A stretch of DNA of 62,063 nucleotides, the filler included, from Circinaria calcarea (Eukaryota), in NCBI GenBank assembly GCA_051942165.1. It is 14 parts of 14 records of this genome, joined end to end, with 100 filler letters (N's around TTAATTAATTAA, not from the genome) between each part and the next. Parts side by side here need not be neighbours in the genome. Positions count along the whole stretch, not along the records: positions 44,459 to 48,787 come from JAVECS010002369.1; positions 48,888 to 53,215 come from JAVECS010002370.1; positions 53,316 to 57,643 come from JAVECS010002371.1; positions 57,744 to 62,063 come from JAVECS010002372.1; 10 more parts are not named here. One strand, 5' to 3'. The translations under genes and the position numbers were made by a program. Every line of letters starts with the position of its first letter. Position 1 is the stretch's first letter. The notes beneath the pieces are model-generated. The model searched no databases, was not told where the DNA came from, and saw nothing but the letters and a program-made list of their open reading frames with translations. Positions 48,101 through 60,085 of this stretch are shown one piece after another.

Positions 48101-48787
48101 CGGACTAGAGGATCCTACATAGCTTGCTCGCTGCTGCGGCATCGAGCCAGCTCTCAGTCTGGACAATAACGCCGAGGTGGAGGGAGAACTCGTCGAGGCT
48201 CTGGGTTCACTCCCGCCATCGGGTGATACCTTGGACGACGGTCTGAACGGACTGGTGGATGGGGTTGGACGAGAAGTTTTGGGTATCGATGACGGGGGAG
48301 GAGCCAATCCGGGAGCTCCGTTGTTCGACGAAAATCTCGAAGGGAGAGTACCCGCTCGGACTCTACGTTGGGGACTCTGCAATGTGTTCTCCATGGGTGG
48401 GACGAGGTCAGGAAAGCCATCCTGACTTGGTGACTCTGGTATGGTTTCTCTTAGAGGAGTCGATCCCCCGCTAGCTGGTGGGCCCCACATGTTTGGGGTA
48501 GACAGCCCTTCTTGTGCTTGGATTTCGCGAGCCCTGGTACCAACGATATGAGGTTAGCTGAGTCCTGCACACTCGAAGATGTATAATACTCCTCACCGTT
48601 TCGAATACAGTCTGCTGCCAAACTCGTGTGATGGGGAACCAGCCCCAAGTCGGGTACTACCAGATGCAGCGTTCATAGCACCGAGCCCAGTGGGATTTCC
48701 AAAAGGTGAACGCACAGCGCTACCCGAAGGAGGCTCGATTGGAGATGTGTTGGTGGTAGATGCGCCTGATCGTGATAGATTGGCCGG
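45186..48787 (-). CDS. JSN1: RRM + Pumilio-repeat RNA-binding protein, Jsn1/Puf2-like (5' partial)
   Basis: RRM (PTRALWLGSIP...KNCGFVNF...VRIGYAK); PUF repeats (DYLGNTVVQKLFE, HKNGTWAAQKII, DQYGNYVLQGCL, NANGALLLTW). Introns near 48535-48596 and 45192-45238. Confidence 0.92.
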
Positions 48788-48887
48788 NNNNNNNNNNNNN
48801 NNNNNNNNNNNNNNNNNNNNNNNNNNNNNNNTTAATTAATTAANNNNNNNNNNNNNNNNNNNNNNNNNNNNNNNNNNNNNNNNNNNN
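48788..48887. other. Artificial contig linker
   Basis: 44N-TTAATTAATTAA-44N. Confidence 0.99.
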
Positions 48888-49075
48888 CCCCTTCCCCCCT
48901 CCCCTAAACCACTACCGGCCAACCGCTTCCGCTTCCGCTCCCTTCTCCTTCTCCTTCTCCTTCTCCAGCGAACCCACCACACCACGGCTCCACTCCACTC
49001 CACTCTACCAAGCTTCTGCTTCTGCTTCTGCTTCTGCCCAGATCCAGATCTAGATCCAGACCCCAGACCCACACC
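48888..49075. repeat. Compound microsatellite tract
   Basis: Consecutive short arrays (CCGCTT)n, (CCTTCT)n, (CTCCA)n, (GCTTCT)n, (CCAGAT)n, (CCAGAC)n. Confidence 0.85.
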
Positions 49076-49980
49076 TTCTCCGCCATGCGCGCGCGCCTGA
49101 ATCGCCCTCGGAGGAGAGGGAGAGGGGGGCCCGTTCAACATTGGTGGGGGGGGAAAAAAAAGGGAAAGGGAACGTGGAACCTAGAGAGTCTCCGGATATG
49201 AGGCTGGGGTCCGGCAAGGCGAGCGAGCGAGACAAAATTTTCCCCCGGGGGCTAGGCTGAGTGAGTGAGGGGTCTTGAGGTTGGATTGAAGCGCTGGGCC
49301 AGATCAACGTCGGGGGGGAAGAATGGAGATGCCTGGAGAAAGGGGCGGTCGGGGGCAACCAACTGGGAAAGGGGCTTGGATTTGGGTTTTTTGGTCTCGA
49401 GAGCTCAGCCGGAGCTTCGCACAGAGGCTCGGGGGGAGGCTTTTGTTGGGCCTGAGCTCACCAAGTCTTGACGCTAGGTCTAACATCGCGCTTCCCCCGG
49501 GGGATAGGTATTTGCAAGATTTGATAGCGATTAGGAAGGAACCCCGGGGGAGAGAGGGTTTGATCTGTGGAGGAGAAAAGAGGGGGGGAGAGTTCCGGGT
49601 AAAGAGGCTATTTGGATTTTGCTTCGGATTTAGAAGCACGTTCATAGTATCTGTACAGACACAAGCAGGCAAAAACACTCTTAGGCCTGAAGAGGCCGCG
49701 AAGCCTTTAATTTATCAGAATGTGTTTCCAGACTGAAAGTATCCGTGAATTATTCTTCAAGTATCATCTAAATTGAACGATTCGGTATGAAGTCAGAAGC
49801 AAGAATATTCTTCATCTTGGCAAAAGCGCTCCGATTCAAGACTTTAGTACAGCGCCAGCCACGCTGCGGGAGATGATGTGAGCCGATATAATGGAGGAAC
49901 TGTGATAAGAAAATCAACTCAACAATTTCCGGGACAAAAAAACCTGTACAGTTTATTTCGTACCGGACTATTTGCTGAAC

Positions 49981-50511
49981 TCAGTTTGCAACACCCGTGG
50001 GAGCACGAGAGGGGTTTCTTGTTGGGCGGTAACTTGGTCTGCCAGAAACCTCATTGTTGTGGATCCGGGGACACACTCCGCGACAAACTCCAAAAACCAC
50101 AAAATTGATCGTCAAAATGCCCATCTCCAATGGATCATTGTTCCCACTCAGCGGCACGCTCCCGCACTGCTTGCACCCGTGCTGCACCAGATAACCCAGA
50201 GCCTTTTCGATTCTTGCGCCGGTGACTCCTCCTGGCGGTACGTTTCCCTGCATGAAGAGACAGATGCCTCCAATAATCGCTTTTACGCAGAATATATGGT
50301 GGTGAGCGTAGTAAATATCCGTGGGGGCAATGTTGTAATGGACGGCGCCCAAGAAGTACTCGACGAGGCTGTTGACTTCAGATGGGAGCTTAAATCTGTC
50401 TGTAAGACATTGTATGGAACCAAGGCAGTTGATACCATGCCTCCCGATATCGGCGGCAGCGACAGAGAGCGTGTATAGCAGGAGGAGCGGCAACGTGAAG
50501 AGGAGTCGCAT
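49981..50511 (-). CDS. KP4 killer-toxin-like secreted protein
   Basis: Signal peptide, then GINCLGSIQC, IFC, GGICLFMQG, HGCKQCGSVP, NNDP..GILTINFV, CRGVC, the KP4 family pattern. 8 Cys; intronless. Confidence 0.92.
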   Translation of the reverse strand: MRLLFTLPLLLLYTLSVAAADIGRHGINCLGSIQCLTDRFKLPSEVNSLVEYFLGAVHYNIAPTDIYYAHHHIFCVKAIIGGICLFMQGNVPPGGVTGARIEKALGYLVQHGCKQCGSVPLSGNNDPLEMGILTINFVVFGVCRGVCPRIHNNEVSGRPSYRPTRNPSRAPTGVAN

Positions 50512-52674
50512 CTTGTCGACTGTAGCTGCTCGAAAGTAGAATTAGAGGTAGTATATCGATCGCAGAGCTAAAGAGAATAATGATGGATCTACGCCAATAA
50601 CTTGCAGAGTGAGGAAGTGACGTTGTTAATATACACTTCCTGACTCTTTGAAATCACTCTCCCAGTCTTCAGGGGAATTCACGGGCTTAATCTCCTCGCG
50701 ATGCCTCAAGCCGGCTCACATGCGTAACTGCATTCCTCCCAAATGTTATCCATCGGGATTAGGTAGGATTGCAAGTTTTGTGAATTGCGACCGGATCAGG
50801 CTGATGATTCAAAACAGTGGAATAAACCTCGAGCAACAAGAGGTTGGGTAGATAGATGCTGTCCCATATCTCAAACACTTTGACATCAGAAAGGGTCGAT
50901 ATTAGCTCCTCGACGGCTCGGGTCGGCCCGAGCGTCCATCGGAAAAACTCCTGACTGGCTGGACCACACCTCTTTGCCAATCGGAAGTTGCAAACCTCAA
51001 GTCTAGGAACTGTACTGTAGGCTATCGCTACAGCATCCGAAACCGAAACCCCCAACGTCTTGTAAGAGTAACGTCCATAGGAGTCCGCTTATGCGACCAA
51101 CTTCAAACCAAGGCGCAGAAAGTGGAGAATACAAAGGGCAGACTCAGCTAGTCCAAACAGTACACGCACTTCTATTCCTGTTGGATCCCCCCGAAAGCTG
51201 CTGCTGTGACCACAGAAATCCTCGGGGGTGTATTCCGGCCGGCAGAGTGTGCTCTCTATAGAGTATGCCACATGCAGATCCACCGCAAAGGCAGCTACAG
51301 CATACTGATCTCCAAGACCGAGAATCGAATCGGTCGATACTTTGCTCTCAGATCGGGGCCGGCGACCAGCCAAGACTTTCCAATGGGGTGTCATAACAGA
51401 GGGTCGAAGGAGCACAAGTTGATGGGCCCCTCAGCTCAAGTTAACAGTAGGAATGACCTCCATCTATTGTCGTCTCCGGAATCCTACGCCTTGTCCATAT
51501 TTGGCAGACCCCACGTTCTGTTTGCGTTTCGATCCATCGTGAATCACAATACGACTCTTCCTGCATCCGACATAGGGGCATCTTCAAGTACAACCCGACA
51601 TTTGGCATGGGTGTGAGCCGTGTATATAGTTTAGATGCTAATATTTTGTCCTATCTTATCGTAAGGTGTGATGCTTTGATCCTTGTTGATGGTCTTGCAA
51701 ACTGGCGGCGATGCAGATCTGTACTGTAGATGGTTGACGTATCCGCCTTCTCTGTCCCACGGTGTCACTGCACCGTGGTGACCTCCGGGAGCATATTAAG
51801 CATTTTTAATATCGAAATCGCCAAAGTCCCTTGGGCATCGACAATAAAGCTCAACCTACTGATAAGCGTCGATAGCATCGGGGCGACCGGCAGGGGACCG
51901 GATTTGCAGCGATGACAGGTGAAGGTGTCGGAACGAGTGGAAAGGAAAGAAGATGGTTACCGCGGATTCCAAAAGGAAAAACTTGGGATGTAACTGGATC
52001 ACCGTCAAGCAGGATGCCAGGCGGTTTCGCGTGATCGTCATCCACCCTGGGCGACCAGTAAAGAGGGGAGAGCGGCTAGGAGAAGGTTCCGATACACGGG
52101 AAAGGAACGGAGTCCGGACCCAAGAAAATGGAAATCCCAAGAACGGGAAACCTTCCTTCCGCTCGGCAGGGACTGTCCTTGCTATCCGATTTGTAATTCA
52201 TCGACGATTTGTAAATGAGGGACCCCCACCTGCATTTCCTCCACCGCGCCATGAGCCGTCTCATGTCATAGACGAGGATCACAAGCATTGAGTCATCACA
52301 TGAACGAGCAAATCGAGTTTGAGTGGTGAATACTTTTTTTTTTTTCTTTCTCGGTGATCTAAGAAAGCTCAACCTCTAACCTCAACCTAGGCGAGGGAGT
52401 TCTGATATAAACTATTTCCCCCAAAAAGGAGACCTGTGGACCGTCTCAACGTCTCTGCCCCTGTACTCCAATTCACCAAAGTCCTTCCCGGCTCTGCCGC
52501 CGTAGAGAAATGTCCATAACCAATTGTACTACCAAAGAAAAAAAAATCGTACAGAACAGAAAATGGCGCTCTCCATGGTATCATAAGTCTCTGCCCGTAG
52601 TCCAAACACCATGCTATGCAAACATTCATCCCAAAGCGTCCCAGTAGAGTCGCGAGTGCCGCAACAAGAGCCGG

Positions 52675-53215
52675 CTAGTAGGCAGCAACCTGTTGCCTTT
52701 GGGGGATGAAGAAACCCTCTTGATAAAGGGAGTCTTCCTCGTCGTCTGATGACGTAGCCGACGTTGTCTGCGGGCGCATCGGTTTGTCGTAGAAGGAAGT
52801 CGTGACGACTGATTGCCTTTGCTTTTCCGAGAAGGCATCGAGGGAAATCTCAACTTGGGGAGGTGATGGGGGCATGGAGTCTTCCTCGGAGTCTGTATCT
52901 GATTCGTCGAGAAGCTCGGGCGGGGTGCGTGCCAACGGGTGGGAGGAGGTACGGGTGAGGGCGAGATCTTCCTCGTCGTCATCATAGTCGGCATCCTCCT
53001 CATCAGAGCCCATGTCAAGTTCGGTGGTGATGACGGTCGACGGGGCTGATGGTGCTCGTCGGATTGGGACGGGAAAGGCGGAAATCTCCTCCTCGTCATC
53101 AGCGTCAGACCCGTCCCAGCTCTCTTCGTCGTCTTCCTCCTCCATGACATCCGGGAGTGAATCGGCCCATTGAATGTGCTGGGGCTCTTTGGAGGCTTTG
53201 GCGGCGCCCTTGACG
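52675..53215 (-). CDS. Acidic Ecm13-like protein, C-terminal part (5' partial)
   Basis: Frame open to the contig end: VKGAAKASKEPQHIQWADSLPDV...LALTRTSSHP...PPELLDESD...MPPSPPQ. Resembles the recalled C-terminal half of fungal Ecm13-like proteins. Confidence 0.6.
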
Positions 53216-53315
53216 NNNNNNNNNNNNNNNNNNNNNNNNNNNNNNNNNNNNNNNNNNNNTTAATTAATTAANNNNNNNNNNNNNNNNNNNNNNNNNNNNN
53301 NNNNNNNNNNNNNNN
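53216..53315. other. Artificial contig linker
   Basis: 44N-TTAATTAATTAA-44N. Confidence 0.99.
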
Positions 53316-56132
53316 AGAGAGTTTGTTGATTGAAAATTTGCACCCTGAGGAGACAGACCATCGACGTATTGTGAGGTTGGATCAGGGTATTTATACGTAA
53401 TACCATTGGCTGCCATCCTTCCCGCATTGGTAGTAGGAAGATTTTCTTGATCAATCATCAGAGTTGCAGGCGCAACACACCGTGACGAAATTTGAATATC
53501 CTGCTGCGGTCTTTGATCTATACCGGCAGCCATAAGGAACGCCTCGGGATCTTGTTCAAGACGAGTCAAGCTATTCATCGCCTCCAAGGCTTCAGCAGCA
53601 GCTTTTCTCATTCGTTGGTTTTCAGCCTGCACCGTGTCGATTCTAGAGGTTGGAGTGGCAGCACCTGGAGTTCTGGTCCAATCACGGAGAACGACTCGGG
53701 GGGAATTGGAACGATCAGTGCCGCTCTCGTGGTCTGCGTCAATAAACGATGGTCGACTGTTCGTATATTCATCACTTAATTGAGGATCAATGGGTAGACC
53801 GTTAACGCGAGTATCATCACCTTCGAAGATTGATTGTGCTTGGCTAGATGGCGTATTAATTTCATCGACGTGATTACCATCAAGTGTCGGATCTCTGGAT
53901 TTAGCCCTTGCCGCTTCATCACGTCTTCGTCGAAGGCGCCTAGTCTCATGGGGGTGGTCGTCTCCTGCCTTCTTAACCCAATTGATATTGGAATGACTAA
54001 AGTCCACGAGACTTTCGACGCTGCGTGGGTCTGCGATCTTCTTTGTATCGTGTCCAAGAATGGTTCCATTGGGTTCAAATGGCTTCGATTGCGGGTCTTT
54101 GCGGCACTGACTACAGGTGCATATCTTGAGACATTTGGGACATTTCCAGTCCGGATTGTCCATTACGGTCTGTGGCATCATATCAAACCCCCGCCAAAGG
54201 CTACCATAACAGTACGATGTTCCGCAGCTACATGCAGCAAGCTTCCATCTGACTTCTCGATGCTTGCAGATATGGCAGGCAATATTCTCAGTCAGCCACT
54301 TCTCTGAACGCTGCTTTTTCCGCCTTTTCTTGATGGAGCCATCAGCATTGACCTCGACCTCGCCCTCTTCTATATCTTTGTCATCTACCTCTCGCAGGGG
54401 TTCTTTCTTTGGATCTCGCCATGGCCGAGTTCTCAACTGTTCCTGGCAAATCTGGGCGAGAGTTTTGTTTTTCAGCCTCTTTTTCTCAATTTGCATTGGT
54501 ACAGGCGAACTTTCATGCACGCCTCCTTCAAAGGCGATGATCTGCTGCCTCCACAATTCATGCTTTTCCAAAAGATCTTGCCAGGGAAACTGCTCGACCC
54601 ACCGATATTTTGATAGACATCGGCAACTCCGTCCCATTGCATAGCATTCCATGCATATGTCGTAAGTATCCTCATCGCCATTTTCCAATGGAACGATGCA
54701 GGACGTACACGTCAGGAAGCGGTTAAAGATGTTGCATCGACAATAGGAACAGGTAACATTGCTATCGTAAGGCAAATACTGACCACGTTTTTCGTTTGGT
54801 GCCACTGGAGAGAGCGTTTCGGATAGAATTACCTGGGTGTAGAGTGTGAAAAGTCGCCTAAAGTCCTTTTGCAATTGGCGGATTTTAGGACAATACGTCA
54901 ATTCTAGCCTCGCTGAATGATCCGTGAGCGTCTTTCTCTGCATTTCCACTTGCTTCAACAAGCCTGAATAGTGTTGTAATGAAAACAGGATGATGGCTTT
55001 GTTCTTATATTGCTCATCTCGGCAGACCATGCGGGCTCGGGGAAGAGCTTCGTTAAGAGCCATTTCTAAAGTTTCGACAGTCGTTCGATTCCAGGCTACT
55101 TTCATAGTCCTGGTTCCGCGATTCCATACCTGGTGAGGAGCCAATGGTGGTATCAGTAGGAAATCACCCACCTTTTGCTCCACGATGTAAGTGGTGAAAG
55201 GTGCTGCCTTCCAGGCGTTGATCTGAGCAAAGTGAGACTCGACTTCGATATCATGGCCCAAAGTGGATAGCCAGTACTCGGACACTAAGTGCCTGTCTTT
55301 AGTCTCGGTCATGAACCAGATAGAAGACCCTGGCTTCGAGGGTTTCCCATCTTCATCAACCAGGCCAGAAGCTTCAACCATGATGTTCTGCCCCAAACTT
55401 GCGCACATTTCCCGATGAGCAGGTGTATAGGTGCCCTCATGTCCGATGTAGCACATCATGTTCTCCGCTCGCATAGCTGGTGGCAAGCAGCTCATGAGGT
55501 CACCAGCCCGAGCAATGCCTCGGCCCTTCTTGTTTCCCACACCGTTGATGATTGAATTCCCAGTTGAGCCCGGCCCACCGAGATCCCCCGTACTATCATT
55601 TAAGTAGAAAACTGCCGGGGGTATCTCCTCTTTGAGTTTATCATGCCATACTGAGGGGCAGTCAATATCTTTGAGATATATGCGTTGCCTATCAGACTCT
55701 CTGTAATTGTAGATGTTCCACTGATCGGTGAGTTTTGCCATGTTCTTGAGATAGTGATTGATCGAAAGAGGCAAATTTTCTTTCTTGGTCAGATTGCGAG
55801 CTTGTTCGACTGTCAAACATAACGTCAGTGGAGACGTCAAGAAAAACAGGGTGCGTTCACCGACATTTCTGCCCAATGTTGTCTCGTAACCATTGCGGCG
55901 TGAAGGTCCATCGATCTAGCCGACGGTGAAAGCCCTCAACGACAAGTGGCTTCCCTCGGATTATAACATGCAGCAGGACGAGTTTTTCAAAGTTCTCAAG
56001 GCCTTGTTGCTCAATCGTCTCGCATGGTATGCGATCAACATATTCGAAGTTGGGCGTCTCTTCTACAAGAGCAGCCAAATCGAGGTCTGGGTTGATGGGA
56101 TCAAACGACGCGCAGGGTCGTTGGGCTGGCAT
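53316..56132 (-). CDS. JmjC-domain protein with Cys-rich (4CXXC-type) zinc fingers (3' partial)
   Basis: Exon 1 MPAQRP...FEKLVLLHVI..GKPLVV; intron ~55810-55865; IYLKDIDCP, MCYIGHEGTYTPAHREMC, QKVGDFLLIPPLAPHQVWN; CSYCRCNIFNRFLTC; CHIC...CPKCLKICTCSQCR. Confidence 0.92.
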
Positions 56133-56915
56133 GTTGATTTCTTGAATAGCTTCGAGTTCCTCAGAACAGAAACCGACAGAGCATCCGAGAAAGTCTGTAA
56201 GCTGGTGCGGGGCGCTGCCGCGGGGGAAGTAGCCTGAATTCCCTCACATGCTGGGTTGTTTTGGTGAAGGAACCCAGAGCACAATGGGCATAGCAGATGG
56301 GTGCCACGATATGCTAGATTGTATACCATGCGCTCATCGTGGCGGCAAGGCGATATTGCGACCAGTACAAGGTAGAGAGATTGTGGGGGAGCAGAGCCTC
56401 GTTGCGATGGCAGGAAGTTGGGAGCTTCACAATCGGGATTAGCGTGGGGTCTTCTAAAGTAACATAGTAGTTCTTCTAGCAATTGCCATCTTATTATTTA
56501 ACATCGATCCTCTACAATATTCTAAGAGTAACTCCTTGCTTGCTGATCAGTATTGTTTAGAGGTTTGTACGCTAGAATATATTCTACTACATTCCGTCAA
56601 TCTAAATTTGACATCGAGTGATATAGGCGTTATAGACTGTCTCCCAAAGCGCTTATTCCGACGAATTTTACTGTTGAAAAGAGCAGCATAAGCAGGTTGC
56701 CCTACTTGTTGTCAATAAACGCAGGTATAAAATACCACGGTCTGAGAATGCAGACCCAGAGCCCTGCCCGCTTTGGGGGTATCAGAGTCAGAAATCTGAG
56801 AGGACGATGCATTGAAAGCTATACTTTAGGCATGGGAAGACTTGCGGCTGTTTCGATATCCCCTGGCCTCTGTCAATCGAGGACGAACCGAGGGTTTCAG
56901 TTTCAGCACCACTCA

Positions 56916-57643
56916 ATGTATATTATCCAGGAAAGCCTACGAATGCAAGCAAATCGGCTTCCCGACTTATTTTTCAAAAGGTGGAGTTCAAGTTCAGCTA
57001 CTTACAATGTCACCTCTACAACATCACTATCGCTTTACGAACCGCCTAAAGAAGGACTTTTATCTTTACTTCCAAAGTCTTGGATTCCCTATGCGGAACT
57101 TATACGCCTTGACAAACCAACCGGAACCTATTATTTGTTCTTTCCTTGCTTGTTCTCTACGTTGATGGCAGCGTCATATACCGCTGCTGCGCCTACGTCT
57201 CTCTTCTCGACTTCACTCCTGTTCTTTACAGGGGCCCTTATCATGCGTGGTGCAGGATGCAGCATCAATGATCTATGGGATCGAAAACTCGACCCACATG
57301 TGACACGGACACGCCTCCGACCCATAGCCCGTGGCGCTATATCTCCTCAGAATGCGCTGGTTTTTACTGCATTTCAATTACTGGCGGGACTAGGGATACT
57401 TGTGCAATTTCCAACCCCTTGCCTTTTTTACGGGATTCCAAGTTTACTTCTTGTTGGCTTGTATCCTCTGGCAAAGCGAGTTACACACTATCCACAATTT
57501 GTACTAGGGTTGACTTTTTCTTGGGGAGCAATTATGGGCTTCCCTGCCTTGGGCCTGGATCTCTTAACCGATCCGACTGCTGCAAAGGGGGCCGCCCTGC
57601 TTTACGCAAGTTGCGTTTCATGGACAGTACTTTATGATATGAT
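56916..57643 (+). CDS. COQ2: 4-hydroxybenzoate polyprenyltransferase (3' partial; start uncertain)
   Basis: PYAELIRLDKPTGTYYL, MRGAGCSINDLWDRKLD..V.RTRLRPIARG, YPLAKRVTHYPQFVLGLTFSWGA, WTVLYD. Confidence 0.96.
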
Positions 57644-57743
57644 NNNNNNNNNNNNNNNNNNNNNNNNNNNNNNNNNNNNNNNNNNNNTTAATTAATTAAN
57701 NNNNNNNNNNNNNNNNNNNNNNNNNNNNNNNNNNNNNNNNNNN
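57644..57743. other. Artificial contig linker
   Basis: 44N-TTAATTAATTAA-44N. Confidence 0.99.
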
Positions 57744-57879
57744 AGAAAAAGAGAAAAAGAGAAAAAGAGAAAAAGAGAAAAAGAGAAAAAGAGAAAAAGA
57801 GAAAAAGAGAAAAAGAGAAAAAGAGAAAAAGAGAAAAAGAGAAAAAGAGAAAAAGAGAAAAAGAGAAAAAGAGAAAAAG
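57744..57879. repeat. Perfect (AGAAAAAG)x17 at contig start
   Basis: 136 bp of uninterrupted 8-mer; probably the cause of the contig break. Confidence 0.97.
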
Positions 57880-58610
57880 CGAAACCCTGACGACCAAATC
57901 GCACCCACGTCCCCTTTCCCTCTTCCCCAGCTCTCTCAAAAACAAGAATAGCAAAAGATCAGGAAACCAGGGAAACCCCACTCGAATCCCTACGAAACTT
58001 ATATTTCCCTATTCCAGGGACTGGAGCCTACCAACGGAGAAGACCAGGGAAACTCTGCTTGAACCTCACGTGGATCACCGGCGATACAGCCAATCACGAT
58101 TGCATACGCCCCGTATCTGAAGACATCCAAAATTCAGTTTCTGGCAATGCTTTAAGTGTGGAATGTAAACGCAGCATATGATCGGGAGGACATTAGGTTA
58201 TGGAGACTCTGGGAAAGGAGATAGGGAAAACGGAGGGTACAACGAGGTTTTACAGCAAAAGTGCAAGACGCGGAAGGGAGGGAAGGAAGGAGTCCTAGCT
58301 ACATGTCCGGGGAGGGCTTTACTCTCGCGTTACATCCTTACGCTGAGACGCTGGCTGGCTTCATACACTGAATTGTGCTCTAAACATGTGCGGCGAATGT
58401 GCTTCTCTACTGCTCCGAACCAGACTGATAACGAGATAGGATCAAATGTACTCGGCACCAGGCACAGTCCGGTTTGAAGCTTATATACTGCAACTTACGC
58501 TAGGACGGAGTAGAGGAGAGACTTTTTCCCCCGTGAATTTTATTCTCGAATCATCCTTGCATCCCACCACATCTACTCTATAATTTTTTAGCACTTCGTC
58601 ACTGCGCAGG

Positions 58611-59659
58611 ATGACTTCTTATTCTTTGACGATAGAGTCACGTCACAACGTCTCAAAGGTTAATCTCCCATGATACCCGACGCTAGACGATATCAACGAA
58701 GGCGGCGGGCCTCCAGCTGCAAAGCATTATCCCAAAGAAACCGTTGCGGCACTCCAGTGCATAACCGTATTTTCACAACGTCGAAAGCCAGATGTAAATC
58801 TTCAAAACACTCTAATGTGTAAGTACTCCATTCATTTAAAGTAATAAGGTGTACAATACTACTCTCTATCTGGCTAGATGTTGGGAATGCATTCGCCTTC
58901 TCCTTCAATTACTTATTCACGACTTTCCACACCATCTGCGAAGACGACCCCGATTTCAGAATCGAAAGTGTCTGGATTTCCGACCGGCTCGACCCTACCA
59001 TACGACTGTACAAACTGGAAGTCGTTGGAGTCCAGAAGGCAATCGATGTCGCCGTTCTACGCTGTCGTGATGTTCATTTTTCCCGACTTTCGCTATAAGT
59101 GACGAGTCTTCAAACTTGCCGGTCAGTTTACACGGTAAACTGTGTTGAATCTGGGATAGTTACAGTACCTTTGGGGCGTGCCTATCCAGGACCGCAGGTG
59201 TATATGGGACGATGCGATGCTCCTTCAGCACAAGAACGGTCGAGAGGACCCGTCCTCGACACAAAAGGTCAAGTTATAGGAATGCTGAAGGGGACACTGG
59301 GAGAAGTGGACGGGGTTTTCGTCACAACAGAAGGCCTGTTGTATGCACTAGCTCGAATAGACAACTCGCGGGAATTGCGTCAGTGGGGAATAAAGGCGGT
59401 GATGTCAGAAAAAAGATTATTGGACGGTGCAGAACCAAGGGAACGTTATGGAAAAATCGAGAAGGAATCCCGCAAGCGACCTCTATTGGAAGTGATGATG
59501 AATGGGAGGGAGAGCCCGAAAACCTCGAAACTGACTGCCGACGACGACGTGGATTCGACAAAGCAGCATGTTAAAAAGTACTCTTGGAAACCAACACCGG
59601 TAGTGTTGCCAAAACTGATGCTTATGGGGTCACTTGGCTCAAAGTCAAGGGTGGCGTAG
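58611..59659 (+). pseudogene. Trypsin-like (Trypsin_2-type) serine peptidase, inactivated
   Basis: Intron 58819-58877. VGNAFAF...TTFH (His), IDVAVLR (Asp), APSAQERSRGPVLD..GQVIGM (GxSGG decayed). In-frame stops TGA 58671 and TAA 59096. Confidence 0.75.
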
Positions 59660-60085
59660 GGACTTTGGGTTGTTGAAACGTTTCAACTCTCCTGTTTACG
59701 AGAAGATTGTGAACGTGAGTTCGCATGGTCTGGCAGCTCCATGCCCGACTAAGACCGCTCAAGCGATCCATCAGATATTTCGGGGTAGCTTTTCAAAAAA
59801 TCAGAAATAAAAGGTAGGGGTAGTTTCAACCCCAATATTTCCATTTATAATTTAGCTGCGATGGCCGAATGTGGATGACAACGCAAAGAGTAAGGGAAGT
59901 AAAGATAGGACCAAAGGATCCCAACTGTACTGCTAAGGTGTACTGGAGACTGCCGTTGCTCGTATATCAGATATCAGGGTTAAATGGGACCGGTATTATT
60001 ATAAGTTTATCCTCAGAGACAAATTTCGGCGTCCATTGGTGATGCCTTTGTAATATGTAACGTATTTGAAATTTCTAGCAAATTA

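Noticed and set aside
49972..50478. 168-aa ORF antisense to the KP4-like gene
   Set aside because: TTG start and no motifs; a shadow frame of the real gene.
4362..57743. Regularly spaced identical TTAATTAATTAA motif every ~4.4 kb, resembling a repeat array or element boundary
   Set aside because: Always centred in 44+44 N; it is a synthetic six-frame-stop contig linker.
57688..57981. Phe/Ser/Leu repeat ORFs
   Set aside because: They are translations of the (AGAAAAAG)17 microsatellite running into Ns.
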